Part shown: piece after piece, positions 35,283-48,140 of the stretch | How the letters are laid out: each line of letters starts with the position of its first letter | Numbering within the stretch: the first letter of the stretch is position 1 | Source of the DNA: Planktothrix sp. GU0601_MAG3 | Lineage (GTDB): Bacteria; Cyanobacteriota; Cyanobacteriia; Cyanobacteriales; Microcoleaceae | Length of the DNA stretch: 64,000 nucleotides | Direction: 5' to 3' | NCBI GenBank assembly: GCA_035193785.1 | Contig: CP136572.1 | Location: 4,980,578 to 5,044,577 of the forward strand | Notes under the pieces: model-generated | The model's database searches: none | What the model was told of the DNA's origin: nothing | Seen by the model: only the letters and a program-made list of their open reading frames with translations | Made by a program: the position numbers and the translations under genes

Positions 35283-38200
35283 CTAAACAACAGAATTTTC
35301 CGGTAAAGCGGTTTGCATTTGAGCTAACCAACCTATTAAAGATTCTAACTGTTTATCCGCACTTAATACCGCTAATCCTCTCACAGTGACTTTACCTTTA
35401 CTATACACAAATCGAGTATGTAAACTTTCCGATAAATTGGCTTTTAATAAATTCCAGGCGGGCTCCTCCATGGGTGTTTCTAATAAAATATGTTGTTTCC
35501 CGTCGGGTTTAATACGAGAAAAGCCTAATTTTTTGGCAATTTGTTTGAGTTTCCATAATTCTAATTAATTGACGCGCTGGGGTGGGAATTGGGCCGTAGC
35601 GATCGCACCAATCTTCCTCAATTCGAGATAATTCATCCCGACTTTGACAAGCAGCAACTGACCGATAAGCACTCATTTTTTGATCTAAATCCGTCATATA
35701 ATCGGAAGGAATAAAAGCAGTTAAACTCAAGTCAATTTGAGTATCATCCACCTGGGGAATTTCTTGACCCCGGACTTCTTGGATAGCTTCTTGTAACATT
35801 TCACTATAAAGATCGAACCCGACCACATCCATTTGACCCGATTGTTCGGCCCCTAAAATATCTCCCGCGCCCCGAATTTCTAAGTCTCGCATGGCTAATT
35901 GATAACCCGATCCTAACTGGGCAAATTCTTGAATCGCCCTCAATCTTTTGCGAGCATCATCAGTTAAATTAACCCGTCCGTCGGCCGTTGTCGGATAGAA
36001 TAACCAAGCGTGGGCTTGCACCCCAGAACGTCCGACCCGACCGCGTAATTGATATAATTGACCTAGGCCGAAACGGTGGGAATCTTCAACTAAAATGGTG
36101 TTAACTCTGGGAATATCTAACCCCGATTCAATAATGGTTGTACAGACTAAAACATCCGCATCCCCGGAACTAAATGTTAACATAATTGATTCTAATTCGG
36201 AGGCATCTATTTGTCCGTGGGCGATCGCTAATCTTACCCCCGGAATCATCTCTCGAATTTGGGCGGATTTTTCTTCAATTCCTTCGATTCTAGGAACAAC
36301 ATAAAACACCTGTCCCCCTCGGTCTAATTCTTGACGAATTGCTGTTCTAATAATTTCTAAATTCAACGGAGATAAATGGGTTTGAATTGGGCGACGGGAA
36401 GGAGGAGGAGTGGTAATTAAACTCATTTCTCGAATCCCAGATAATGCCATATATAAGGTTCTGGGAATGGGTGTGGCGGTTAAAGTTAAGACATCAACAT
36501 GGGTTTTTAAGGTCTTAATTTTTTCCTTTTGATTAACTCCAAAACGTTGTTCTTCATCAACAACTAATAACCCTAAATCCTTAAAATGTACTCCCTTTCC
36601 CAGTAAGGATTGAGTACCGACAATTATATCAATTTCCCCCGTCGCTAACCGTTTTAATATCTCTTGTTTTTCTGAATTAGTGCGAAAACGATTAATTAAA
36701 GCAACTTCTATGGGATAGGGAGAAAATCGTTCCTTTAGGGTATGATAATGTTGTTGGGTTAAAATTGTGGTGGGGGCTAATAATGCTACCTGTTTTCCAG
36801 CAGTAACGGCTTTAAAAATAGCCCGAATTGCCACTTCTGTTTTACCAAATCCTACATCTCCACAAACTAAACGATCCATGGGGCGATCGCTTTCCATATC
36901 CCGTTTCACGTCTTGGGTGGATTTAATTTGATCGGGGGTTGGTTGATAGGAAAAGGAGTCTTCTAGTTCCTGTTGCCAAGGCATATCGGGGGGGTAAGCA
37001 TAGCCTGTTTGTTGGGCGCGTTGGGCGTATAATTTTAAGAGATCTACGGCTAATTTCTTTAAGGTTTTTTTGACTTTTTCCTTGGTTTTTTCCCAAGCCT
37101 GTCCGGTGAGTTTATTCAGTTGGGGAACTTTGCCCCCGGTACTTCTAAACCTCGATAAACTGCCAACTTGATCGGCGGCGACCCGTAGGGTTCCATCATC
37201 ATATTGTAAAACCAAATATTCCCGGGTTTCGTTATTAATTACTAGGCTTTCTAATTTGGTAAATCGCCCTACTCCGTGTTGACGATGAACCACAAAATCC
37301 CCGGGTCGGAGTTTATTCAGTTTCCACCTGTTTTGATGCCGCCCGCCGTCGTTTTCTAATATAACCATGGGTAGCCAGGGAATGCTGCCCATAAAATTCT
37401 CGGTCGGTAATTAAAACTAACCGAAAGGTGGGTAAAATAAACCCTTCTAATTCGGCTAGTCCGGTATATTTTAAGGCAACGGGGGTATTTTTAATTAAGC
37501 TATCAATGGCGGGGTAATCCCGGGGGTTAGGAATGAATTTTGAGGGGCAATCATGTTCTGATAATAGGGCAACGGATCGACTAGGTTGGGCGGAAACAAT
37601 AAATATAGAAAAATATCGTTCTCGCTCATAACGAATTAATTCTGCCAGTTTAGCAAATTGATGGGGTGTGGCGGGAAAGGGACGGGAAGCTAGGTTTAAA
37701 CTGGGAACATTGGTAATATTAACTAAGCTGGGTTGATAATCCCCCAATTCCGATAAATAGAGTTTATCAAAGGATTCAATTTGTTGCAAAGATTCGGTAA
37801 ACAGACGATGAATTTTAGGGAGTTTTTGGGGTAAGGCTTGCCATTGTTCTTCAATATGTTCTAACCAGCGATCGCTATGGGCACAACATTGATCTAATTC
37901 ATCAATTACAATTAAAGTTGTATCGGTTAAATAGTCTAATAAACAAGCGGGTTTTTCAAAAGCTAAACCTAACAGGGAATGATAGGATTTAGGCGGTTTA
38001 TAGTTATTATTATCTAGTTGAAATTCTGGTTTAGGGATGGGGGGAATAATTTGGGAAATTAAGGTTTCCGCATTGGCTAAATTCCCTTGAATAATTACAT
38101 CAAAATTCGTCGGGGTGAGAATCAGATTTTCAATTTTATCTAAGGATCTTTGGGTGGTGGGATCTAGTTCTCGAATTTGTTCTAACTCATCCCCAAACCA

Positions 38201-38801
38201 TTCTAAACGCACGGGTAATTCCGAGGCCACCGGAAAAATATCCACAATATCCCCCCGCCGACTCCATTGGCCCTCGGTTTCCACCAAGGATACCCGCTCA
38301 TAGCCTAACTTGGCAAATTGTTCATCCAGGGTTTTCCCGGCGGAGGTCATCCCCCGATACAGGGTTAAACAATAGGGTTGAAACGCCGACACCGGGGGTA
38401 AATGGGGCTGTAAACTTCTTTCTGTGGCCACAATTGCCATGGGGACAGTGGAGGGAGTTTGTAACCGTCCCGCCAACTCCGCTAATACCTGCATTTGGCC
38501 CCAAGTCATCTCCTCGGAGGTCACCGACTCGTAGGGGGACGCCTCGGAAGTGGGGTAAAACTGAATTGTCGCCCATCCCATCGCCTCCAGTTGGGCCGCC
38601 CACCGTCCGGCTTCCTCCAGGGTAGCTGTGACCACAAATAAATTTAATCCCGACTCCTGGGCTAAGGTAGAAGCGACTAACCCCTTGGGAATGCGAGACA
38701 GACCATTGAGGTAGAGGGACTGAGATTTATTCAGTTTGGTCAGGAGTTTCAGCCGTTAAAGGCGATCGTCCCAATGCACGCACGATGGAGGAAAATGTCA
38801 T
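35283..38801 (-). CDS. mfd: Transcription-repair coupling factor (three +1 breaks at GTTTC 35549, 37320, 38746)
   Basis: Repaired start [48 protein letters not shown]; 1,171 aa after repair. Confidence 0.95.
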
Positions 38802-39009
38802 ATTGGAGTAGGGAACAGGGAATAGGGGACACCGGAACACCGGAGAGTAGGGTCTTGGTTCTCACCGTTAACCTCGACTGCTATAGTCAGTCGCCCTGCT
38901 ACAGAAGTCGTTCTAGTATTGTAAGCAATTCTTTTAAGATCCGATAAGATAATTAGATCTTGATAAGATCAGTTATTGTAATCTTTGATCTTCCTATCCT
39001 GACCTCAAA

Positions 39010-40332
39010 ATGTCATCTGTCTTCCAAGAAATTTTAATCGTTTTCCTGCTGATTGTAGCCAATGGCATATTTGCTATGTCAGAAATTGCTATTCTTTCAG
39101 CGCGTAAAGTTCGCTTACAACAGTTAGCCAATCGAGGCAATAAAAAAGCTAAAGTTGCTTTAGAATTAGCCAACTCTCCCAATAGTTTACTCTCAACGGT
39201 GCAAATTGGAATTACCCTAATTGGCATTTTAGCAGGAGCCTTTGGTGGGGCGGCAATTTCAGCCCGATTAGCCATCCAACTGAACAAAATTCCGATTTTA
39301 GTTCCCCACAGCAATGCGATTAGTTTTACAATTGTTGTGATCATTATTACCTATTTATCATTAATTGTTGGAGAATTAGTTCCTAAACGGTTAGCTTTGA
39401 ATGCTCCTGAATCCATAGCAACTAGCGTTTCAATTCCCATGCGTTGGTTATCTAATTTTAGTTCCCCAATTGTGCATTTATTGGGTATGTCTACGGAATT
39501 AATTTTAAGGCTTTTGGGTAGTCACTCCTCGACGGAACCGGAAGTTACCGAGGAGGAAATTAAGATTATGATTGAGCAGGGAACCCGATCGGGAATTGTG
39601 GAGGAAGCGGAACAAAATATTGTGGGACGGGTGTTTGAATTGGGCGATCGCCAAGTCAGAAGTTTAATGACACCTCGCCCTGAGATTTTTTGGCTTGATA
39701 TTGATGATTCTGCCGAAGAAAATCGTCAGAGCATTGCCAAAAATAGTTATACTCGTATTCTAGTTTGCCAGGAAGATTTAGATCATGTTTTAGGGTTTAT
39801 TAAAGTCGCGGATTTATTAACTCAATCCCTATCCGGTCAGCCCTTGGATTTAACCGCTAATTTACGCCGTCCTTTATTTGTTCCCGAAACCACTTCTGTT
39901 TTGAAAATTTTAGAATTATTTAAACAGGGAGAAACCCATTTTGCCGTGGTTGTTGATGAATATGGCGTGATTCAAGGATTAGTAACTTTAAATGATATTT
40001 TAATGGAATTAGTCGGTGATATGCCCTCCTGGGATAATCCCGAAGAACCCCAAAAAGTGCAACGGGAAGACGGATCTTGGTTATTAGATGGGATGTTGCC
40101 CGTTGAAGAATTTCTTGATTTATTTGAGTTAGAAGATTTATTAGAAGAATCAGAGGGAAACTATCACACCGTCGGGGGATTTGTGATTACTCAGTTAGGG
40201 CGGATTCCGGCGGCTGCGGATCATTTTGAATGGCAAAATTTACGGATTGAAGTTATGGATATGGATGGCAACCGCGTCGATAAAGTTTTAATTGTACCTT
40301 TGAATAAAAATGATGAACTTATTGAACCTTGA
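39010..40332 (+). CDS. Hemolysin family CNNM/CBS/CorC transporter
   Basis: NGIFAMSEIA, VGELVPKRLAL, VVVDEYG, MDGNRVDKV. Confidence 0.93.
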   Translation: MSSVFQEILIVFLLIVANGIFAMSEIAILSARKVRLQQLANRGNKKAKVALELANSPNSLLSTVQIGITLIGILAGAFGGAAISARLAIQLNKIPILVPHSNAISFTIVVIIITYLSLIVGELVPKRLALNAPESIATSVSIPMRWLSNFSSPIVHLLGMSTELILRLLGSHSSTEPEVTEEEIKIMIEQGTRSGIVEEAEQNIVGRVFELGDRQVRSLMTPRPEIFWLDIDDSAEENRQSIAKNSYTRILVCQEDLDHVLGFIKVADLLTQSLSGQPLDLTANLRRPLFVPETTSVLKILELFKQGETHFAVVVDEYGVIQGLVTLNDILMELVGDMPSWDNPEEPQKVQREDGSWLLDGMLPVEEFLDLFELEDLLEESEGNYHTVGGFVITQLGRIPAAADHFEWQNLRIEVMDMDGNRVDKVLIVPLNKNDELIEP

Positions 40333-40463
40333 AACAAATAAACTATTATCCGAATTACCTTAGAATTTAGGAAGTTTGCGATCGCTATACCAAAGGCAGG
40401 TTAGTGTTTAAAACTTCTTGGTTTCTTTATGGTTAAATTAATCTTTTCTGCTATGGTTTCAGG

Positions 40464-41652
40464 TTGTTTATGATGAAAAAATCCCTATCTAAAATCTTGA
40501 TATTATTTTTCTGTTGGGCAATTGTACCATTATTCTTAGTGGAAATATTAATGATTGTCCTCGAACCCTATTTATCCCAAGGACTGTATCAATATGATCC
40601 CGATTTAGGGTTTAAAATTCGTCCCTACGCCAATGGAAATAATCAATTTGGGTTTAATGATCGAGATTATCCCCTACAAAAAGAACCGGGAAAATATCGA
40701 ATTTTAATTCTGAGTGATTCCTTTAATTGGGCGGGGGGAAAGGAAGGAAATTATACCGCTTTATTAGAACAAAAATTTGCCCAATATTATCAAAATTCTC
40801 AAGTTGAAGTGATTAATGTCGGATACCCCGGAACCCACACGGGGGAAACAATTAGCGTTATTAAAAAAATATGCCCTAGAATATCATCCCGATTTAGTCC
40901 TATTAGGTTTTTTTGTTGGCAATGACTTTATTGATGCTAAACCCAAACGCAAACGGATTATTGTTAATGATATTTATATTGATATTGATAAACGCAAAGA
41001 GTTAAAAATATTCGGTTATCCGATTATTAATCAATCTCGTTTGTTACTGTTTATTCAACAAAAATATAAAGTTTTTCAAGAGGCCCAAAAATCCCAAAAA
41101 CAATCAATTTCACCCTATCAGGTACAATTTGTGATTAATCCGGCTGAACCGGAAAAATCCCCTGGTATTCTATCCCTAGAAACCTTTCTAGCAACCGAAA
41201 AAACCCGCTTAGACTTTTGTAAACGTCAAGATTTGCAAAAAGGAGTTTGGAATGGTAATATTAACTATATTCTCCAAAGTATTGACGAAATGAATCGGTT
41301 ATTAGAACAGAAAAATATTCAGTTTATCGTTGCTATATATCCCGATGAGTTTCAAATCAATCCCAATTTATTAAACCAAATTCAGGAAAAACATGACTTA
41401 AATTTAGCTAATTATGAGATAAACTGTATGCAAAATCTTTTGATTTCCCATCTGCAATCACAACAAATTACCTATATAGATTTCCGCCCTCGGTTTCAAT
41501 CTGAACAAAAAAAACGTCCCTTATATCTGTTACAAGAACCCCACTGGAATTCGGCCGGAAATCAACTAGCTGCGGAACTATTGTTTGAGAAGTTAATCCC
41601 TAAAACCAATCAATTTTTTAAATCATCTTCCCTTTCACCCAAGAAAAATTAA
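40464..41652 (+). CDS. SGNH/GDSL-like (AlgX/AlgJ-type) protein (+1 break at GAAAC 40845-40849)
   Basis: ILSDSF, FVGNDF, EPHWNSAG. Confidence 0.8.
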
Positions 41653-41653
41653 A

Positions 41654-42724
41654 ATGCAAAAAATAAAACTCAAAGCCTTAACTAAAATTCTCGGACAAAC
41701 TGCTTTCATCGCTTTAATTACCTTTGTAATGTCCGAAATTACCCTGAGAATTTATAATAAAATTAATCCCAGTTTTGTCTTTTACGATTCTTCCTATAAC
41801 CGTTTTCGGGGAAAACCTAACGCCCCCGACTATGATTTTAAGTTAAATTCCCAAGGCTTTAAAGACCTAGAATTTACCCAGGAAAAACCAGCCGAAACCT
41901 ACCGAATTTTAGGGATAGGAGATTCTTTTGCATACGGTGTTGTTCCCTATCAATATAATTATTTAACCCTTTTAGAAGTAAAATTAAATCAATCCGGTCA
42001 AAAAACTGAAGTGATTAATATGGGCATTCCGGGGCTCGGGCCAAGGGATTATTTATCTATTTTAGTCAATGAAGGATTACAACTCAAACCCGATAAAATT
42101 GTTCTATCTTTCTATATTGGTAATGATTTTTTAGATAATTATATGACCACCCACCTGAGAAAAGAGGAAAAATCCTATGTCGTAGCTTTAATCAAATCCC
42201 TAATTAAAATTCAAAGCCATTATCAAGGTACATTCACGAATACAGTGCCTAAATATGAGGATAATCAACCGACAATTGATAATGCCAAGTATCTCCAGAA
42301 TACTGTTAGTAAAAGTAATATGTTTGTGAAAAATCCCAACGATGATATATTTAAAGGTTTTGTAGATGATGCGGTAAAAGATATAATTGAAATTAAAAAA
42401 ATTGCCGCTTCTCAAAATATCCCTTTAACGATTGTGATTATTCCCGATGAAGTTCAAATTAACCCACAACTTCAACAGCAAGTTAAAGCAGCTTTTGATC
42501 CGAATGATCCAAATTTATTAGACTTTGAACTTCCTAACCGAATCTTAACAGAGAAATTACGACAGGCAAATATTGATTATTTGGATTTATTACCCAGTTT
42601 TGTCGCCGCTTCTAAAACAACCCGCCTCTATAAACCCAATGACACCCACTGGAATATCGCCGGAAACAGTTTAGCGGCTGAACTCATTACCCAACATCTC
42701 AAATCAAAAAATAATCAACCCTAG
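41654..42724 (+). CDS. SGNH/GDSL-like protein, paralog of the upstream gene
   Basis: IGDSFAYG, YIGNDF, NDTHWNIAG. Confidence 0.85.
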   Translation: MQKIKLKALTKILGQTAFIALITFVMSEITLRIYNKINPSFVFYDSSYNRFRGKPNAPDYDFKLNSQGFKDLEFTQEKPAETYRILGIGDSFAYGVVPYQYNYLTLLEVKLNQSGQKTEVINMGIPGLGPRDYLSILVNEGLQLKPDKIVLSFYIGNDFLDNYMTTHLRKEEKSYVVALIKSLIKIQSHYQGTFTNTVPKYEDNQPTIDNAKYLQNTVSKSNMFVKNPNDDIFKGFVDDAVKDIIEIKKIAASQNIPLTIVIIPDEVQINPQLQQQVKAAFDPNDPNLLDFELPNRILTEKLRQANIDYLDLLPSFVAASKTTRLYKPNDTHWNIAGNSLAAELITQHLKSKNNQP

Positions 42725-42769
42725 ACAATAAACTATTTACTGGTAACTGATGACTGCTAACTGTATTAA

Positions 42770-44102
42770 CTAAATATCTTGAACAATCCGAAAACCAGCG
42801 TGTTGATAGAAATTGGGACGGAAACCAATTGCGGTAATATTTTAAGGCTTCCGTGCCGTTTGTTATCCAACATCCCCCTAACATCATTTGATGTTCACTA
42901 TCAAAAAAGATGGCGGAATTGTCTTCATAAAGAAAATGAGGTTCATATCCTGAAAGGGGGTTTAAATTGTCACTCAACCATTCCCAAACATTCCCCCGCA
43001 AATCATAAAGTCCAGAGTAACTTTTGGCGGTTTCTAACATTCCCACGGGACTCGGCGAACCAAATTTAAAATTCAGATTATAATGGTCTACATCTTCTAC
43101 CAAACCATTCCCATAGGTTGCTACATTGTACTCAGCTTCACTCATTAAACGAGTATCTTTACCTTGCCAACGACAATAAGCCATTGCTTCATAATAATTG
43201 ACTTCCACAGGCCAATCTAAGGGTAAATCCATTTCATCAAACTGGGCGCGATATTTGTAACTGCTATTTTCCGAGCGCCAAAATTTGGGATGTTGGATAT
43301 TATTTTCGGTTTTCCATTGCCAAGATTTTTTATCCCAATATTCCTGATTTTCATAGCCACCCGCCTTAACAAAATCCAGAAATTCGCTATTAGTAATTAG
43401 ATATTTACTAGCTAAAAAAGGAGCAACTTCAACGGTGCGTGACCCATAATCAATATCCCAACCATAGGTGGAATCATCAAAATCTTTACCAAGTTGGGCA
43501 ATTCCCCCGGCAACTTCGAGCATTTCATTCTCTGGAATATAACTTTTAGAAGGGGCATATTTCCAGTTTGAGGGGCGTTTGACTCGCTCTAGGGGCAACT
43601 GGCGAAATAACATCGAAGACGTCTCGACATGAATGCGCTGGTGCTCAATTCCCATGATTAATGCCCACAGGGGATGATTGGGAAGAATCGGCAGAGTAAT
43701 CGGCGTTTTTTGAATGAATTCTGATAGGATTTGATAGGCTTGTTCTCGATATTGCCAAGCCGAGGCAACGTCCGGCCATTGCAGGTGGGCGATCGCTTGA
43801 TTCAATTCTGCGGGGGTTTCGGGATCAACCCCAATTTCAAACAGAATTTCATATTGGGGATGAAGGGGTTTTTCTAATAGTCCAACACGAATTAATTTAT
43901 TAACATAAAAAACAGCCGAATGTCCTAGGTAAAAAATTAGTGGATTTCTCAGAGCATCAGGATTTAGATAAAAAGTATCTTCCCCAACTAAACTTTTTAG
44001 GAGCAGATCTTCGAGTTGCCAAGCATCCTGAAAATAATTGAGCAGGGTTTGGCGATCGCAACAATTAAGTTTGGGAGGACAATTAGATACAAGAGTGTTC
44101 AT
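42770..44102 (-). CDS. OvoA-like sulfoxide synthase lacking the C-terminal methyltransferase (+1 break at GAAAC 42821-42825)
   Basis: LRNPLIFYLGHSAVFYVNKL, MGIEHQRIHVETSS iron motif, FGE-like GNVWEW. Confidence 0.85.
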
Positions 44103-44189
44103 AATTATAGTTAATGGAAATGGGGGTTTTCTCAGCATCAAACCCGATTTTTTGAAGTTTTATGTCTCAATTTGATTAACATAATCGTT

Positions 44190-45165
44190 TCAAACTTGAC
44201 AAAGCATTAACCCAAACCATTCTTGAGGATCTGTCCAAATTTTGACGGTTTTGAGGTGTTTGGACTGGAGTTGTTTTTGCAGATTTGCCAAATCAAACTT
44301 GCGAGAAATTTCAGTTAAAATAGATTCTCCCTGGGTAAAGAAAACCTTTAAATCTAAAATTTCTAGGGATACCCAATGACTTTTTTGACAATGCAGATAC
44401 ATTTCGATTTGAGTATCTACCTGATTATAAATTGCTTGATGGCGGAATAAATTTAGGTCAAAATTGCCTTGAAAACGCCAATTCAAATGGGAAAGCATAT
44501 TCAAGTTAAAAGCCGCAGTGACTCCCTGGCTATCGTTATAGGCTGGCTCTAATATTTCTTTGGGTTTTTGTAAATCAATTCCCAAAAGAAAGTAATCCCC
44601 TGGTTGTAATGTTTTGGCAATTTGACTTAAGAAAATATCAGATTCTATGGAATTAAAATTGCCCATGGAAACTACCCAAGAAAAAAATCATCCGCGACGA
44701 TGCTGGGGTTGATTCTAGCTTCACCAAGGCTTGTTCGTAGGTTCCAATTAATCCCTCAATTGAGAAAGTCGGATATTTTTCTTGTAGCTTGATAACGGTA
44801 GATTTGAGTATGCCACCACTAACATCAATGGGTATATATTTAGAGCTAGGGGCAATTTTTTGATAAGCATCTAATAGAAACAGAGTTTTTGTAGAACTGC
44901 CACTTCCTAATTCTACCAGTTCACAAGCCCCTGTAATCTGAGCAATTTCATCGGCGTATTGGCTCAAAATCCAGGCTTCGGTTCGAGTTGGGTAATATTC
45001 GGGTAACTCACAAATTTGTTCAAATAAATTTGATCCGTGATCGTCGTAAAAGTATTTGGGGGGTAAATATTTGAATTCATTAGTTAATCCTTGAATAACA
45101 TCTTCACCTTCCCGGTTTAGATGTTGATTAGATTTATCGACACTTTGCAAAATAGTCGTTAACAT
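44190..45165 (-). CDS. egtD: L-histidine N-alpha-methyltransferase (+1 break at GAAAC 44668-44672)
   Basis: LPPKYFYD, LPEYYPTRTE, VELGSGSSTKT, repaired FLGSSMGNF, YNDSQGVTAAFNLN, TEISRKF. Confidence 0.92.
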
Positions 45166-45290
45166 GATGCTCTTTTTTTGTGAGGTCAATATTTCGATAG
45201 GGAAATGATCTCATGCTTAAAATCCCTTGTCAATATTTATCTGGGAAAACTTTACATTGATCAACAATATAAGGGCTGAATGATCATACA

Positions 45291-45342
45291 AAATTCTGTA
45301 GGCTTGGGTTAATATATTGCTTAACCCAAGTCTACAGAATTT
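45291..45342. repeat. 22-bp near-perfect inverted repeat (GTAG-type REP-like hairpin)
   Basis: AAATTCTGTAGGCTTGGGTTAA / TTAACCCAAGTCTACAGAATTT. Confidence 0.75.
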
Positions 45343-45636
45343 GTGTTGAGTTTTATTCTAGGAGAATTGCTGGATTTAATTATTAGTAGCTTTCTGACTT
45401 TGTTTATATTTTTCCGGATTGATGTTTTTTAGGGTATTTAAAAATTGTTCCATGACCTGTTTTCTCTCTGGTATAGTTAATAGATATTTGCCCAATATTC
45501 TTTAGACAATCATCCTAGTGCCTTCCTGATCGTGAAATTTAGCATGATTAGAGGGAAGATTGGCGGATGACAAAAAAATTAACAATGCTTTGCTTCCGCA
45601 AAATTACTAGCTTGTGGTTGCAGCTTTTAAAGAAGT

Positions 45637-45728
45637 CAGGACTTACGCAAAACAACCATATCTAGTAGGGGAGAACGGCCGTTCACCCCTATAGATGGTG
45701 TATAATTGGGTATTCTGCGTAAGTCCTG
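45637..45728. mobile_element. 92-bp MITE with 5-bp target-site duplication GAAGT
   Basis: CAGGACTTACGCA...TGCGTAAGTCCTG flanked by GAAGT on both sides. Confidence 0.88.
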
Positions 45729-45820
45729 GAAGTGCTAAAGCACAACCACAAACCGTACATATCAAATCAATAAAAAACAACCCCGGATAGGGGTTGCTGA
45801 TCACCTAAAATCTGGTTAAT

Positions 45821-47659
45821 TTACAATTTAGTGCCACACTCAGGACAGAAATTATTACTGCCCACATTTTTCGCGCCACAATTGTTGCAATAAACTAACT
45901 CAATGGTTTCTAAATTCGTCCGTTCGGGTAAACCAATCATTTGAGCATTGCTCTTACCCGGGGCGACCATCGGATAGCAGTTTTCATCCCGTTTCACCTG
46001 CACATCCATTAATACCGGGCCCTCAAAGGCCAACATTTCGGCGATCGCATCCTTCAAATCCTCCCGGCGGGTGACTTGCATCCCCTTGACCCCGTAGGCC
46101 TGGGCTAACATTACAAAGTCAGGCATCCCCGCTTGCATATTAGAAGAAGAATAGCGCTCGCCATAGAAGGTTTCTTGCCACTGACGCACCATGCCTTGCC
46201 AACCATTATTGACAATCACGGTTTTTACATTAATCCCATATTCAGCCAGAGTCCCTAACTCCTGAATATTCATCTGAATACTGGCATCCCCGGCTACACA
46301 AATCACCTGTTCGTGGGGGAGGGCCGTTTTTGCCCCCATGGCTGCGGGCATCCCATAACCCATTGTCCCTAACCCGGCGCTGGAAATCCATTGTCGCGGG
46401 CCATTTTTCAGGAATTGAGCGGCCCACATTTGATGTTGTCCCACATCCGTTGTGAAATAAGCATCGGGAGCCATTTTCCCCAAAGTATCGATCACCTCTT
46501 GGGGGGATAGGGAATCCTGATAAATCGGGACAACCAGGGGATAATCTTCCCGCCAGCGTTGAATCCGTTGTAACCATTCGGCAGTTTTTTGCTGGGTTTC
46601 CGTTGCTTCGACCGCTTCCTGACATCGGCGCAATAAATCCACCAACACCTGTCTAACATCCCCAACAATAGGAACTTCCGGGGCGCGATTTTTCCCGACT
46701 TCCGCCGGATCAATATCAATATGGATCACCTTGGCCCGGGCGGCAAATTCATCGAGTTTCCCCGTCACCCGGTCATCAAAGCGAGCACCCACGGCAATCA
46801 ATAAATCGCATTCCGTCACCGCAAAATTAGCATAGGCAGTGCCGTGCATTCCCAACATTCCCACCGATAGGGGATGGGTTTCACTAAACACTCCCTTACC
46901 CATCAGGGTTGTGGTCACGGGGAGATTAAATAGTTCGGCTAATTCTTTGATTTCTCTATGGGCACCCGCGGCAATCGCCCCGCCCCCAACATAGAGCAAC
47001 GGTTTTTCGGCTTGCCGAATTAATTTAATGGCTTGATTAATTTGGCGAGTATTTCCTTTTACCGTTGGCCGATATCCGGGTAAGGTGACTTCCCCAGGAT
47101 TAACGGGAACATAATCAAATTCTTCTAAACCTACATCTTTAGGAATATCAACTAATACCGGGCCAGGACGTCCACTACTGGCAAGATGGAAAGCCTCAGC
47201 GATAATTCGAGCCATCTCCTTCGGGTCACGCACCACATAGGAGTGTTTGACAATCGGCAAGGTGATCCCATAGATGTCCGTTTCCTGGAAGGCATCCGTC
47301 CCAATGGCCGACCGGGGAACCTGTCCGGTAATCACCACCATCGGAATCGAGTCCATTTGGGCCGTGGCAATCCCCGTAACTAAGTTAGTGGCTCCGGGGC
47401 CAGAAGTCCCAAAACAGACCCCTACATGGCCCGTTGCCCGGGCATAACCATCGGCGGCATGGGCGGCACCTTGTTCATGACGCACCAGGATATGTTTTAA
47501 ATCCCCTGCGGCTTCAAAGCGGTAGAGTTCATCATAAATGGGCAAAATCGCCCCACCGGGATAACCGAAAATGTGTTTGACGCCATGGCGTTTCAAACTG
47601 TCCATCAATGCGTAAGCGCCCGTTGCTCGCTTTGCAGCTATTTTAGTTTTTAGTTGCAC
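45821..47659 (-). CDS. ilvB: Acetolactate synthase large subunit with C-terminal zinc ribbon
   Basis: [39 protein letters not shown]. Confidence 0.96.
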   Translation of the reverse strand: MQLKTKIAAKRATGAYALMDSLKRHGVKHIFGYPGGAILPIYDELYRFEAAGDLKHILVRHEQGAAHAADGYARATGHVGVCFGTSGPGATNLVTGIATAQMDSIPMVVITGQVPRSAIGTDAFQETDIYGITLPIVKHSYVVRDPKEMARIIAEAFHLASSGRPGPVLVDIPKDVGLEEFDYVPVNPGEVTLPGYRPTVKGNTRQINQAIKLIRQAEKPLLYVGGGAIAAGAHREIKELAELFNLPVTTTLMGKGVFSETHPLSVGMLGMHGTAYANFAVTECDLLIAVGARFDDRVTGKLDEFAARAKVIHIDIDPAEVGKNRAPEVPIVGDVRQVLVDLLRRCQEAVEATETQQKTAEWLQRIQRWREDYPLVVPIYQDSLSPQEVIDTLGKMAPDAYFTTDVGQHQMWAAQFLKNGPRQWISSAGLGTMGYGMPAAMGAKTALPHEQVICVAGDASIQMNIQELGTLAEYGINVKTVIVNNGWQGMVRQWQETFYGERYSSSNMQAGMPDFVMLAQAYGVKGMQVTRREDLKDAIAEMLAFEGPVLMDVQVKRDENCYPMVAPGKSNAQMIGLPERTNLETIELVYCNNCGAKNVGSNNFCPECGTKL

Positions 47660-48124
47660 AGTAATTCCTCGAACTGTGTTTGAGTTGACTGGGGGTGGGT
47701 TTTAAAATTAGCGTGCAGCACGCTAAAATTTTTCCTGAGCCGTGAACCGTGAGCCAGTAGACCGTTCAACTCAGGGCTCACGGGTCGAACGGTCGAAGGG
47801 TTGATTAACCCGCCCTGCGATAGTTTTTTTTATTCTAAAAGTTACTAAGCTCTCAGGTCGGAGAGACTGCAACTTTTAACAAGACTTTACAATATCAGTG
47901 AAGTTGTTAAGGATGTTGGGATTTTTTAGGGAGATCAGATAGATTTTCAAGGGAGTCCGTCTATCGATTCTTAAACCATTATCTTAACTTTCCAAAGTAT
48001 GGTAGAATCTCTGATGGATTTGGGGTATGTTCGGCGGCTTTTCCCTTGTTCTCTAGTTTGATTAGATCATATTGAGATCAAGATGTTAAGCTCAGTCAAC
48101 CCTGATTCCATTTAGGGGATAAAT

Positions 48125-48140
48125 TGTAGCATATTTTACA
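48125..48140 (+). promoter_or_regulatory. NtcA binding site upstream of glnB
   Basis: tGTAgcatatttTACa = GTA-N8-TAC; TAGAAT at 48173-48178. Confidence 0.7.
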
